Source of the DNA: Candidatus Heimdallarchaeota archaeon B3_Heim | GTDB taxonomy: Archaea > Asgardarchaeota > Heimdallarchaeia > Hodarchaeales > Hodarchaeaceae | Direction of reading: 5' to 3' | Length of the DNA: 32,000 nucleotides | Assembly (NCBI GenBank): GCA_003144275.1 | Contig: NJBF01000036.1 | Coordinates: 8,570 to 40,569, forward strand | In this document: positions 8,473-17,378 of the stretch, one piece after another | Numbering within the stretch: the stretch's first letter is position 1 | Layout: every line of letters begins with the position of its first letter | Position numbers and translations under genes: made by a program | Notes under the pieces: generated by a model | Seen by the model: the letters and a program-made list of their open reading frames with translations, nothing else | The model's database searches: none | What the model was told of the DNA's origin: nothing

Positions 8473-9507
8473 GTGAATCTATCAGTTTCAGGTCATTCAC
8501 CTTCAAAAACGGATCTAGAGTTGGAAATTGAACGTCTGTACGAGAAGATGAAAATATTACACTGGACAAAAGAGGATTGCGAGTTAATAGCGCCTCTTAC
8601 TTGGGAAATTAATCATTTGAAGAAAGAGAAAGATGCTGTAATACTAGCTCATTCTTACCAGCTGCCTCAGATCATTTTTGGGGTGGCCGACTATGTGGGT
8701 GATAGTTACAGCCTCAGTCGTCAAGCTATGGATGTTCAAGCAGACACCATCGTATTTTGCGGAGTGGAATTTATGGCAGAGACAGCTAAAATTCTTAATC
8801 CCGAGAAAAGAGTCTTACTACCGTCACTAAAAGCTGGATGTTCTTTAGCAGAAGGGATTTCAGTTGAAGATGTTAAGAATCTTCGAAACGAATATCCAGG
8901 GGTTCCCATTGCCTGCTATGTTAATACTTCCGCAGCAGTAAAAGCTGAATGTGATGTCTGTGTTACGAGCTCGAATGCGATTGAGATCATCAAAAAATTA
9001 GATTCTGATAAGGTCATTTTTGTGCCTGATAGACATATGATGAAAAACCTAGGACCATTAACAGGTAAAGATATCATCGGATGGGACGCTGAATGTATTG
9101 TACACGATCAATTTACTGGAGAACAGGTTCAACAACTACGTTCAGAAAATGCTGGGATTAAAATTCTGGCTCACACTGAATGCGATCCTTCAGTTGTCCT
9201 TGAAGCTGACTACGTGGGTGGTACTAGTGGTATGATTAAGTATGTCAGAACTTCAAATGAGGATAGCTACGCTTTAATCACAGAATGTGGATTATCCGAT
9301 CGATTGAAGGTAGAATTCCCGAATAAAACAATTTTAGGAAGCTGTGTGCTGTGTCCATATATGAAAGCGATAAATTTAGAGAATACGTTAGAAGTTCTTC
9401 GTTCTCCCCAACCTGAACAGATAATCGAAATTCCTCTTGATATCGCATCACGCGCAAAAGCTTCTCTCAAAAAAATGTTTGAAATGACTTCAAGTCCTAG
9501 AAGTTAA
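8473..9507 (+). CDS. nadA: Quinolinate synthase A
   Basis: LAHSYQ, GVEFMAETAKILNP, AGCSLA, YVNTSAAVKA, CIVH and CPYMK motifs include the three [4Fe-4S]-ligating Cys. GAGGT SD precedes the GTG start. Confidence 0.95.
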   Translation: MNLSVSGHSPSKTDLELEIERLYEKMKILHWTKEDCELIAPLTWEINHLKKEKDAVILAHSYQLPQIIFGVADYVGDSYSLSRQAMDVQADTIVFCGVEFMAETAKILNPEKRVLLPSLKAGCSLAEGISVEDVKNLRNEYPGVPIACYVNTSAAVKAECDVCVTSSNAIEIIKKLDSDKVIFVPDRHMMKNLGPLTGKDIIGWDAECIVHDQFTGEQVQQLRSENAGIKILAHTECDPSVVLEADYVGGTSGMIKYVRTSNEDSYALITECGLSDRLKVEFPNKTILGSCVLCPYMKAINLENTLEVLRSPQPEQIIEIPLDIASRAKASLKKMFEMTSSPRS

Positions 9508-9720
9508 GTAGGTAAAGACATTCCTTTTCAGGACTATTCTAACCTACAAATTAGTTTTAAGTGGGTATAACGGGAGGAATATCTCTACCGCTTATTAGAG
9601 CAAGCGAAAATCGGTTTTTATTTTCTCGATACAAAAAAAGGAGGAAGAGGGTAGTTCTGGTTTTGATTTGCTTCATAAAGGCTAATAGCTAAGAAAATTA
9701 ACTACAAGCTTAGATAATTT

Positions 9721-10176
9721 CTAAGAATCTAATTCTGACTCAAGTATAGTTTTCAGATTATCTAGTTCTTTTTTCATTTGCTTATTCATTTGGCGTCGGA
9801 GTAAGGGCTTAAGAAGAATGAACGTGATTGAGGTGAGAATGTGATCAGAACCTGCATTAATATTATTAGTAATTGCAGTTTGGCCATCTACATCTTTTAG
9901 ATCAAGCAAGTTTTCAAAAGGAAAGGGACCGTATGTAGATTTTACTCCAAATTGATATGGAGGGGAAAAATTAACAACTTCATATCCTATCTCATGGGTT
10001 TTTCCCGAATACATATAATTTCCCTCAAATATCGATCCTATCCCCACAGATTCCTCTGAAATAAGTTTTGTTTCACTTGCACCATCTACCCAGCGGTCAT
10101 TATTTTGAACATCAGTTATAAAAGAAAAAACTTTTTCTATTGGTCTATTAATCATTATTGTTGCGGTTCCTTTCAT
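9721..10176 (-). CDS. SRPBCC (START/polyketide cyclase) family protein
   Basis: I.INRPIEKVFSFITD..N..RW N-terminal signature. AGGTGG SD favours ATG 10176 over the track GTG at 10185. Confidence 0.8.
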   Translation of the reverse strand: MKGTATIMINRPIEKVFSFITDVQNNDRWVDGASETKLISEESVGIGSIFEGNYMYSGKTHEIGYEVVNFSPPYQFGVKSTYGPFPFENLLDLKDVDGQTAITNNINAGSDHILTSITFILLKPLLRRQMNKQMKKELDNLKTILESELDS

Positions 10177-10366
10177 GAATACCACCTAATAAGTAAATTT
10201 GATCTTTATCATCCAATAGACAGTTTCTTACAAAACTAATTTCAGTCTAGTCTTACGTTTATCGTCACAAGACATATTCAAGGAATTTTTCAAAAAAACA
10301 CTGAAAATATGGAGTGAAAGGCCATTCTTCACCCGAATATCTTTATTTTTTCAATCTTAATCGAGA

Positions 10367-11278
10367 TCATCTTTTGGTTGTTTTTTTATACAAATCGGCT
10401 AGTTCATCTATATCAAATTCTTCTAGAACTTCCTTCTGTTCACTTAGAGAACCAGTTTCATCCTTATCTAAAATGGCTCGTAATTTTTCATATTTGGTGC
10501 CTTTAATCAGATCTGGGTTTCGTAATTTTTCTCGTCCTTTGTCAGTAATTTTCCAGACTTGCTTAAAATCATCATATTCCAACTCACCTTTCGAACGTAA
10601 TTTGCGAAGTAAACCCAAAATTTTATCCCGATTGTATTCTACTTGGCCTGTGCGTGATATTATCTCAAGTTGACCTAAAATTGCTAATAATGGTAAGCCT
10701 AATTTCTTTTCTACAAGTATATCGAAGATATATATAGAAAGAAGCCTTGAAACACGGTCTTCAAGAGGAAATTTATCTCCTGTCAAGCATTCCTGAATCC
10801 ACGTGAGTACTTGTTCGAAAGATTTGGGAATTTTCCCTGTAGTGGAGAAAACACGATGTGGGAGATCATATCTATTTAACAGATCTAATTGATCAATAAT
10901 CACTGAAGGATGAGTTCTTGCGATATCTACTTTGTTAAAAACAATAGCTAAAGGCTTACCTAACATCAGAGGATCGTTTAAAATTCTAAGGAATTCTCTC
11001 CGGACTTCAGGAAAACTTCCTTCTTCACTACCATCAATAACAAATATACTCGCATCTACATGCTCCAAATATTCCTCAACGAACCTCCGTACCTCTTTTC
11101 TACCCCCAACCTCGATTATAGTAAAATTGGTTTTCCCATTGAGTATGATATCATAAGATTGATGAGCTGTTGATGGTATTCCTGGTTTAAACTCACTTTT
11201 TTGATAGGAATTTATGAGAGTAGATTTTCCGCTCCTTTCTAGCCCATATAAAAGTACCTGAATTGTATTCTTCAACAC
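10367..11278 (-). CDS. Arf-like small GTPase fused to a C-terminal winged helix-turn-helix domain
   Basis: G1 GLERSGKST, G2 T37, G3 EVGGR, G4 NKVD, G5 STT. Residues ~176-253 show a three-helix plus wing pattern ending LRSKGELEY...WKITDKGREKL. Confidence 0.8.
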   Translation of the reverse strand: MLKNTIQVLLYGLERSGKSTLINSYQKSEFKPGIPSTAHQSYDIILNGKTNFTIIEVGGRKEVRRFVEEYLEHVDASIFVIDGSEEGSFPEVRREFLRILNDPLMLGKPLAIVFNKVDIARTHPSVIIDQLDLLNRYDLPHRVFSTTGKIPKSFEQVLTWIQECLTGDKFPLEDRVSRLLSIYIFDILVEKKLGLPLLAILGQLEIISRTGQVEYNRDKILGLLRKLRSKGELEYDDFKQVWKITDKGREKLRNPDLIKGTKYEKLRAILDKDETGSLSEQKEVLEEFDIDELADLYKKTTKR

Positions 11279-11293
11279 TGTTCACTTATCATC

Positions 11294-11608
11294 TCATTCT
11301 ATTCGTTCAATTTTAAAATATACTGGTCGAAACCAATCGGTACAACCAACGATGTTACTATTTTCATCCACCATATGAGGAATATTTCCTCCATAAGCAA
11401 GCGTTAAAAGATCATGTCTTAAATCTGCCCACGCCCATTCGCAAAAACCCTCTGGAGGTTTATATCGACTCTCTTTCGTAACTTTAAACTCTTGTCCATC
11501 CTTAAACCGTTCACAGGGTCTTATGTCATGATATTTGTCCTTTACATACTCCTTTATTATATCACTATTAACAGTTCTTTTAATTACAGTTATTTTACAG
11601 TCATACAC
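11294..11608 (-). CDS. TIGR04076-family small Cys-containing protein
   Basis: CKITVIKR, PC.RF..GQEF, PEGFC.WAW and CTDWFRPVYFKIERI pattern. GGTG SD upstream of the GTG start. Confidence 0.8.
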   Translation of the reverse strand: MYDCKITVIKRTVNSDIIKEYVKDKYHDIRPCERFKDGQEFKVTKESRYKPPEGFCEWAWADLRHDLLTLAYGGNIPHMVDENSNIVGCTDWFRPVYFKIERIE

Positions 11609-11771
11609 GCTCTTTTCACCAATAACAAATGAAAGTTTGTTTATACATTTAAAGAAGAATTTTGAAATAACAACTAGGTCAATCGTAAATAGCTCTTATA
11701 AAATCTACTCGATATAATCTCTATCGAGGAAAGTCAATAAACATTCTAAGAAGTAACTTGAGGAAATAAAA

Positions 11772-12164
11772 ATGAGCATTATTACATTAATTTCTGCATT
11801 TATAGCGATTCTAATCTTTATAGGCCTTAGTATTTTTCAATTCTTACTTGTTCTAGGAAAACCATATGGAAAAGCAGCCTATGGAGGGAAATATGAGGTT
11901 CTACCAAACAATATGAGAATTTTAAGCGGATTAGCTACCATCATATTCGTGATTGCATCATTTTTCGTAGCCGTTCGGGCTGAAATTCTTCTTAATTTTC
12001 CCTTTCCTGATTTAGCAAATTTTGGCGTATGGGTATTTGCATTTTATTTAGCTCTCAACACTGTAGCGAATTTCTTGTCTCAGAGTAAAATAGAAAAGCA
12101 AATTATGACTCCAATATCTTTGACAGCATGTATCTGTCTTTTCTTAGTTGCTTTTAATCTCTGA
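11772..12164 (+). CDS. Small conserved four-TM membrane protein
   Basis: Four hydrophobic segments; LG.PYG.AAYGG and N....S..E...MTP pattern; GAGGA SD. Confidence 0.65.
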   Translation: MSIITLISAFIAILIFIGLSIFQFLLVLGKPYGKAAYGGKYEVLPNNMRILSGLATIIFVIASFFVAVRAEILLNFPFPDLANFGVWVFAFYLALNTVANFLSQSKIEKQIMTPISLTACICLFLVAFNL

Positions 12165-12343
12165 AAATCTGTAAACGGAATTGTGAAGAAGAATAGCCAG
12201 ATTTATCAGACTTAAAAACTGATGAACGCTCAGAATTAATTGGGAGTAATTAACCGTCAGAAATACATAGAATCTATTTTCGTCGGTAAAGGAGAGTTAA
12301 TCTAATGAAGACCACTTATCTTCTGGTTTATTTATTCTATGAG

Positions 12344-12886
12344 CTAAGAATGGATTGTTGAAAGCTTAAGAAGAAGTTCATCCGCACTTGTTAATTTTGC
12401 AAAGTAACCATCGAGAATACTGTTGTGATGATCAATTATCTGGGATGCTGAAAGATTTTTAGAAGACCATGTGCTGTGACAGTCTTTTACAAGCGTCACA
12501 TTATATCCCAAACTAAATGCTCGTCTTATAGTCGTATCAATGCAATATTCTGTTTGAAGTCCAAGTACAATAACTTCTTTCGTGCTCATTGATTTTAATA
12601 ATTTGTCTAAGTTTGTTTTATGGAAAGAATCAGGTGTAGTCTTCTGAAGAATGGATTCCTTCATTTGAGGTTTGATCTTTGGATGAATTTCCCACCCTTC
12701 AGATCCAGGTTCATCTGGATCATCTTTTCCACCCATATTTTGAATGTAAATCACTTTACAATTTGCTTTTCTAGCTTCATACAGAATTTTTTTAGTATTT
12801 TCTAGTAAGAGGTCACCTTGAAATATTGGAGCTGATTCAACGAAGTTTCCAACCTGTAAATCAAGAATTAGCAACGCTATAGTCAT
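12344..12886 (-). CDS. Isochorismatase-like cysteine hydrolase
   Basis: Asp-Lys-Cys triad in LILDLQ, KTTPDSF and GLQTEYCIDTT. Confidence 0.9.
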   Translation of the reverse strand: MTIALLILDLQVGNFVESAPIFQGDLLLENTKKILYEARKANCKVIYIQNMGGKDDPDEPGSEGWEIHPKIKPQMKESILQKTTPDSFHKTNLDKLLKSMSTKEVIVLGLQTEYCIDTTIRRAFSLGYNVTLVKDCHSTWSSKNLSASQIIDHHNSILDGYFAKLTSADELLLKLSTIHS

Positions 12887-12976
12887 TATACACCATCTTT
12901 TCCTGAGGTCAATTAAATTGTATTTTACGATTAGATAATAAGAAGTACTTTATTCTGGAGATTCATAGGTCGGTCT

Positions 12977-13393
12977 ATGGCGGAATTAAAAACTAAAAAA
13001 AATGATCAAAATGTTGAAGAATTCCTGAATTCTGTCACTGATCCAAAAAAACGTGCTGATTCTTTTGAAGTCTTAAAACTAATGAAAGATGTCACAAAGG
13101 AAGAGCCCTGTATGTGGGGAAATAGTATTGTTGGTTTTGGAGATTATCATTATAAATATAAGAGCGGTCGGGAAGGTGATTGGTTCTTGATTGGATTTTC
13201 ACCTCGCAAGCAGTATCTCACACTGTATATCGTGGCAGGTTTTGATCATTATGAAGATTTATTGGCAAAACTCGGAAAATACAAAACAGGAAAATCTTGT
13301 TTGTATCTCAAAAGACTTTCTGATGTGAATAGTGATATTCTAAAAACGTTAGCCAGTGAATCAGTGAAGTTTGTGAAAAATCGAGCTGATTAA
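12977..13393 (+). CDS. DUF1801 (YdhG-like) domain protein
   Basis: MWG.SIVGFG.YHYKYKSGREGDWF.IGFSPRK and LGK.KTGKSCLY.K.L.D motifs. Confidence 0.9.
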   Translation: MAELKTKKNDQNVEEFLNSVTDPKKRADSFEVLKLMKDVTKEEPCMWGNSIVGFGDYHYKYKSGREGDWFLIGFSPRKQYLTLYIVAGFDHYEDLLAKLGKYKTGKSCLYLKRLSDVNSDILKTLASESVKFVKNRAD

Positions 13394-13561
13394 AGTTTCC
13401 ATTTGGTTTAAAAGCCTTAAAAGAGAAACCCTCTAAATTTACTCATTTTTGGTTGACTCATGATTGGCCAAATTCTTTACCCATTTGGACAATTAGCCAT
13501 CGCATTATCAACTATAATATTACCGATATAGTAACAATTCCTCCCCTAAAATTAATCGATA

Positions 13562-14386
13562 CTAAAATGGCCGAGGGGGTAATTCATCCTTTATTCCCTC
13601 ATAAAGCTGCGAATTGATTTTGTTTAACAATGCCTCCAGGTAAGGTTTAATGTCATTATTGTAGAAAAATCGACACATCAATAGAAAATCTGTATTTTTC
13701 CCAATTCGCTTTATTATCCATCCCTCTCTATCCATTTCTTCTGATTCATCAGTTTCAATCCTTATTGCCTCTAACCATAAGTCCTTTTCTGATGGAATAA
13801 TTGGTATAAATGATTGAAATATTGCTCGTTCATTTGGATCATTTGAACCAAAGTTCCTGATTATTCCTTCATCTAAATCGGCAATATACAGACTTAGGAA
13901 CCGCATACCCATCATATTTTTTGCTTCAAACCGATTAATTTCAGTAGTAATGTGTTTAGAGAGATGAGAGGGAAAATGTTGTGAAAATTGTATAATTTCT
14001 TTTATTCGGGTTTGTTCCGACAAAGGTATGACATTTAGTCTTGAAAAATTGGAGTCTACAATTGATGAGAGAAAGACGTTCAAATTTCTATCGATAGCTT
14101 CGATTTTGGCTTTTGTATACCCCACATTATCAAAAATATCCTGTAATACAATATAGGCTATTGGTATAGTGTTTTCTTCTTTCGGATTGTACATTACTAA
14201 TTGAAAATTAGCTAAATGAACACTACGTAATTTACCTTCTCCTGCGAATTCTCTAGAGAAAGCAGTTAACGCACTCACCAAAGGCCAGAGGAGAGTAGGG
14301 TCCACTTTTAAATCAATATCATCATTCAAGAAAATTTCGTGTCCAATTCCAGTCTCAATGTTACAAATAGCAAAAAGATGAATCAT
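13562..14386 (-). CDS. Longin-like domain protein with a second longin/roadblock-like module
   Basis: N-terminal beta-beta-alpha-beta pattern IHLFAICNIETGI...DPTLLWPLVSALTAFSREF...LRSVHLANFQLVMY, typical of Asgard longins. A second alpha/beta module spans ~140-270. Confidence 0.55.
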   Translation of the reverse strand: MIHLFAICNIETGIGHEIFLNDDIDLKVDPTLLWPLVSALTAFSREFAGEGKLRSVHLANFQLVMYNPKEENTIPIAYIVLQDIFDNVGYTKAKIEAIDRNLNVFLSSIVDSNFSRLNVIPLSEQTRIKEIIQFSQHFPSHLSKHITTEINRFEAKNMMGMRFLSLYIADLDEGIIRNFGSNDPNERAIFQSFIPIIPSEKDLWLEAIRIETDESEEMDREGWIIKRIGKNTDFLLMCRFFYNNDIKPYLEALLNKINSQLYEGIKDELPPRPF

Positions 14387-14494
14387 TTTAGATGTTCACA
14401 ACCCACACCTCGCTCCTTAACTTCTGCTGTTTAAATTATTAGCCCAAATTTTTGTCATAATCAACAGCTTTATTAGTTTGATATAGAACATTCC

Positions 14495-14518
14495 TATATC
14501 GTATTATCTTATATCGTA
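14495..14518 (+). promoter_or_regulatory. Tandem TATATCGTA repeat, candidate MarR operator
   Basis: Exact 9-mer at 14495-14503 and 14510-14518, ending 5 nt before the first ATG of an operon containing a MarR gene. Confidence 0.35.
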
Positions 14519-14523
14519 CAAAT

Positions 14524-15003
14524 ATGAAAAATCGATCCACGATGAATGAACAAGAAATGAAAGACTTTAGTATTAAATTAATGCGAGAAGCTAATGTTAC
14601 GTGCTTCACAACTGTGGACGTAACTGGATATCCTCATACGAGAGCAATATTCAATCTCAGAAATATAAAACAGTTCCCCACACTCGCTAAGATATTTGAA
14701 AATCAAAAGGAGGATCTTCTGATCTATATTTCCACAAATACATCATCTACCAAAGTGAAACATATCCGTACTAATACTGCGGTATCTCTCTGTTTTACAG
14801 ACCCTGAAGATTTTAGAGGATTAACACTTGGTGGGGATATTGAAATTGTGACAGATGAGACGATAAAGAAGGAACTTTGGCTTGATTGGTGGGATAAGTA
14901 TTACCCAAAAGGGATTGAAGATGAAGATTATACCATTCTCATGTTACAACCAAAAACCGTCGAGGTTTGGTATAAGGGTAAATTTAAATTTCAGTTTACG
15001 TGA
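14524..15003 (+). CDS. Pyridoxamine 5'-phosphate oxidase-like FMN-binding protein (general stress protein 26-like)
   Basis: TTVD..GYPHTR, IYISTNTSSTKVKHI..N..VSLCF and LWLDWWDKYYPKG..D.DY..L motifs. Confidence 0.85.
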   Translation: MKNRSTMNEQEMKDFSIKLMREANVTCFTTVDVTGYPHTRAIFNLRNIKQFPTLAKIFENQKEDLLIYISTNTSSTKVKHIRTNTAVSLCFTDPEDFRGLTLGGDIEIVTDETIKKELWLDWWDKYYPKGIEDEDYTILMLQPKTVEVWYKGKFKFQFT

Positions 15004-15467
15004 GTTTTATGAGTTCTATGAAAGAGCAAAGAGCAGCTGGTTACTTGATTGCAAAAATACATCAAAGAAGTGGACGTATCTTTGCGAAGAAGCTCAAAAA
15101 ATACGATATTCATGACATTAATCCTGCTCAAGGAAGGATTCTATTTACTCTGTGGCAAAAGGATGGATTGTCCATTATAGAACTTTCTAAAGAAACAGGA
15201 CTTAGTAAATCAACTTTAACTCCGATGTTGGATCGTTTAGAAAAATCTGGACTCATTAAAAGAGTTCACTCTACAGAAGATAGAAGGAAGATTCTAGTCT
15301 TCATTACTGAGAAAAACAAAAGACTTCAATCAAATTATGTTTCAGTATCGAAAAAGATGACTGAAATTTTTTATAAGAATTTTACAAATGAAGAGAGAGA
15401 TCAGTTTGAAATATATTTACGACGACTGCATAACAATCTTCTAGAGGAAGAAACTCAGAAGTTATGA
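15000..15467 (+). CDS. MarR-family transcriptional regulator
   Basis: QGRILF.LW..DGL, LSKSTLTPMLDRLEKSGLIKR and EDRRKILVFITEK; GTGA overlap with the upstream gene. Confidence 0.92.
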   Translation: MSFMSSMKEQRAAGYLIAKIHQRSGRIFAKKLKKYDIHDINPAQGRILFTLWQKDGLSIIELSKETGLSKSTLTPMLDRLEKSGLIKRVHSTEDRRKILVFITEKNKRLQSNYVSVSKKMTEIFYKNFTNEERDQFEIYLRRLHNNLLEEETQKL

Positions 15468-15596
15468 GTCGCAGATCCACATTTGGCACAGTACCGCTCG
15501 TTAAATTCAATAATAGCTCCATAAGGCGAACAAAATTGATCTTCCTCAAAGGAAAATGAACAGACAATCGATCTAAATTACCTGGATAGTGAAAAT

Positions 15597-16157
15597 TTGA
15601 TCTGGGCAAAATATCTTGATAGTAGGAATGAAATTAGGATTCTAGGTATAATTGAAGAACGATTACAGAGAAAAATTCCACTTCTTGATTCTCAAGTGAA
15701 ATGGAATGATTTTGGAGTGTTTCTTCACAACAAAGCCATTACTGGTTTCGGATTCTATTCTCAACAATTAAACGTTCTTCCAAACGAAATATGGGCCCTG
15801 AAGAACTTAGAAGTCCTTAATTTCGTGAATTGTGGATTGAATGAATTGTCCACAAAGATCGGATCTTTAATTTCATTAAAAGAACTCTATATTGGAGGAA
15901 ATCAGCTTACAGTGATACCAAAATCAATTGAAACGTTAAATAATCTCCAGATTCTTTATATACTTGAAGATAACCTTTTTTCAATCCCTGAAGTAATTGG
16001 GAATCTCAGAAACTTGAACGAACTTGTTCTCTCCAGTAAATTTGTTAAAAAGCTTCCTCATTCAATAATTCAGTTAACCAGCAACACATGTAGTGTTTAC
16101 TTAAATAACCAAGAAGTAATGATACCTGATTCGACTGATAAGAAAAGAAATCATTGA
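15597..16157 (+). CDS. Leucine-rich repeat protein; start uncertain
   Basis: About four 23-residue LxxLxxLxLxxNxL..LP repeats after an N-cap (ILGIIEERLQRKIP...FGV). Confidence 0.8.
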   Translation: MIWAKYLDSRNEIRILGIIEERLQRKIPLLDSQVKWNDFGVFLHNKAITGFGFYSQQLNVLPNEIWALKNLEVLNFVNCGLNELSTKIGSLISLKELYIGGNQLTVIPKSIETLNNLQILYILEDNLFSIPEVIGNLRNLNELVLSSKFVKKLPHSIIQLTSNTCSVYLNNQEVMIPDSTDKKRNH

Positions 16158-16214
16158 ATCGATAAAAAGAGAAAGAACTTTTCAAAATAAGTGTATAAAT
16201 AGGGTGAAATGTAG

Positions 16215-16763
16215 GTGATTATTAGTCAAAAGAATCAGGTGATTCTTCGCCATGCCAAAGAGAAAGATTTTCCCCAAATCGATGAACTCACGATTATTTG
16301 TTACTCTGCTATTTATGAGAGCTTTGTAGAAATGGTGGGAAAGGAAATTTATAAAGAAATGTATCATAAGCCGGATTTACCCTGGCCTAACAGCAAAACG
16401 ATACAGAATCACAATTTATTCGCAGAGCATCCTGATTGGTTATGGGTTTTGGAAGAACAGGATATAATTTTCGGATTTGTATCCTTCAAGCTTAAGCCTG
16501 AGAAGAATTATGGAATTTTTGATAATAATGGAGTCCTACCTGCTTATGCAGGTAAAGGATGGGGGAAATTTATGTATCGACAGGTTTTAAAATTTTTTAG
16601 ATCAACTGGCCTTAGATTTGCATTAGTAGAAACTGGTCTAGATGATGCTCATATTCCAGCTCGTCGAGCTTACGAAGGAGTGGGATTTGATCATCAGGAT
16701 CTCATTACCATGTATTATCAGGACTTAGATAAAAATAATCCTGGTTCTGAAATACAAGATTGA
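16215..16763 (+). CDS. GNAT-family N-acetyltransferase
   Basis: GVLPAYAGKGWGK acetyl-CoA motif A and ARRAYEGVGF. Confidence 0.88.
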   Translation: MIISQKNQVILRHAKEKDFPQIDELTIICYSAIYESFVEMVGKEIYKEMYHKPDLPWPNSKTIQNHNLFAEHPDWLWVLEEQDIIFGFVSFKLKPEKNYGIFDNNGVLPAYAGKGWGKFMYRQVLKFFRSTGLRFALVETGLDDAHIPARRAYEGVGFDHQDLITMYYQDLDKNNPGSEIQD

Positions 16764-16776
16764 ATTTGGTGTACAG

Positions 16777-17250
16777 CTAGTAGGAATAGCTTATTTCCAC
16801 TAATTCATTTCCACCTTCAATTCGTAATCGAATGGTTGCTGAGTTCTCTCTATATAATTCCTTATACCGTTCTTTCAGTGGTGACAAATTAAAAACGAAA
16901 AGCTTTGTGAAAAATGCAGTACACATATCATCATTTGCTTCATGACTAAAGAGGAGCGGTGTTTGGACTGGATAGGACTCTAACCACGTATCAGAAGCGA
17001 TTAAACGAAAGATATGTTCTTCACATCCACCACCATATGACCCATTAATTACTAACTTATTTCCTATGATGGAAACATCATTTATCAAAATATTATCTTG
17101 AGGAGCAGAGAGATACAAGGAGTTACTTACTATTATATCCTCACTTTCAAGAAATAATATTGGGTTTATAATGAAAGCTCCAACAACAATCAATCCCAGG
17201 AGGCCAACAGTTATAATTGAACTTAGTACAATTTTCAGTGATAAAAACAT
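16777..17250 (-). CDS. Membrane-anchored exported protein, NigD C-terminal-like domain (tentative)
   Basis: N-terminal TM helix, then SYGGGCEEH.F.L...ESYPVQ...H....D.C.A with one probable disulfide. GGTGA SD. Confidence 0.45.
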   Translation of the reverse strand: MFLSLKIVLSSIITVGLLGLIVVGAFIINPILFLESEDIIVSNSLYLSAPQDNILINDVSIIGNKLVINGSYGGGCEEHIFRLIASDTWLESYPVQTPLLFSHEANDDMCTAFFTKLFVFNLSPLKERYKELYRENSATIRLRIEGGNELVEISYSY

Positions 17251-17378
17251 AGAATCACCAATCTTTTTTCATTGATATTCTTCTTCATGACCATTTACCA
17301 ATGAAACGATAAGTGCTTACTTGTGTGTGAATAAACACCTTTATTCGTCTTTCACCACACTTTGACTAAAAGTGAGCT

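Noticed and set aside
9571-9654. Fragment REEYLYRLLEQAKIGFYFLD resembling a PAS-domain start
   Set aside because: Only 27 codons between stops with no start codon; too short to support.
11727-11736. GAGGAAAGTC, like RNase P RNA CR-I
   Set aside because: Sits in AT-rich intergenic DNA 35 nt before a CDS, with no GC-rich helices or CR-V.
15465-15599. Stop-codon readthrough (Sec/Pyl) from MarR into the in-frame LRR gene
   Set aside because: TGA is followed by further in-frame TAA and TGA stops.
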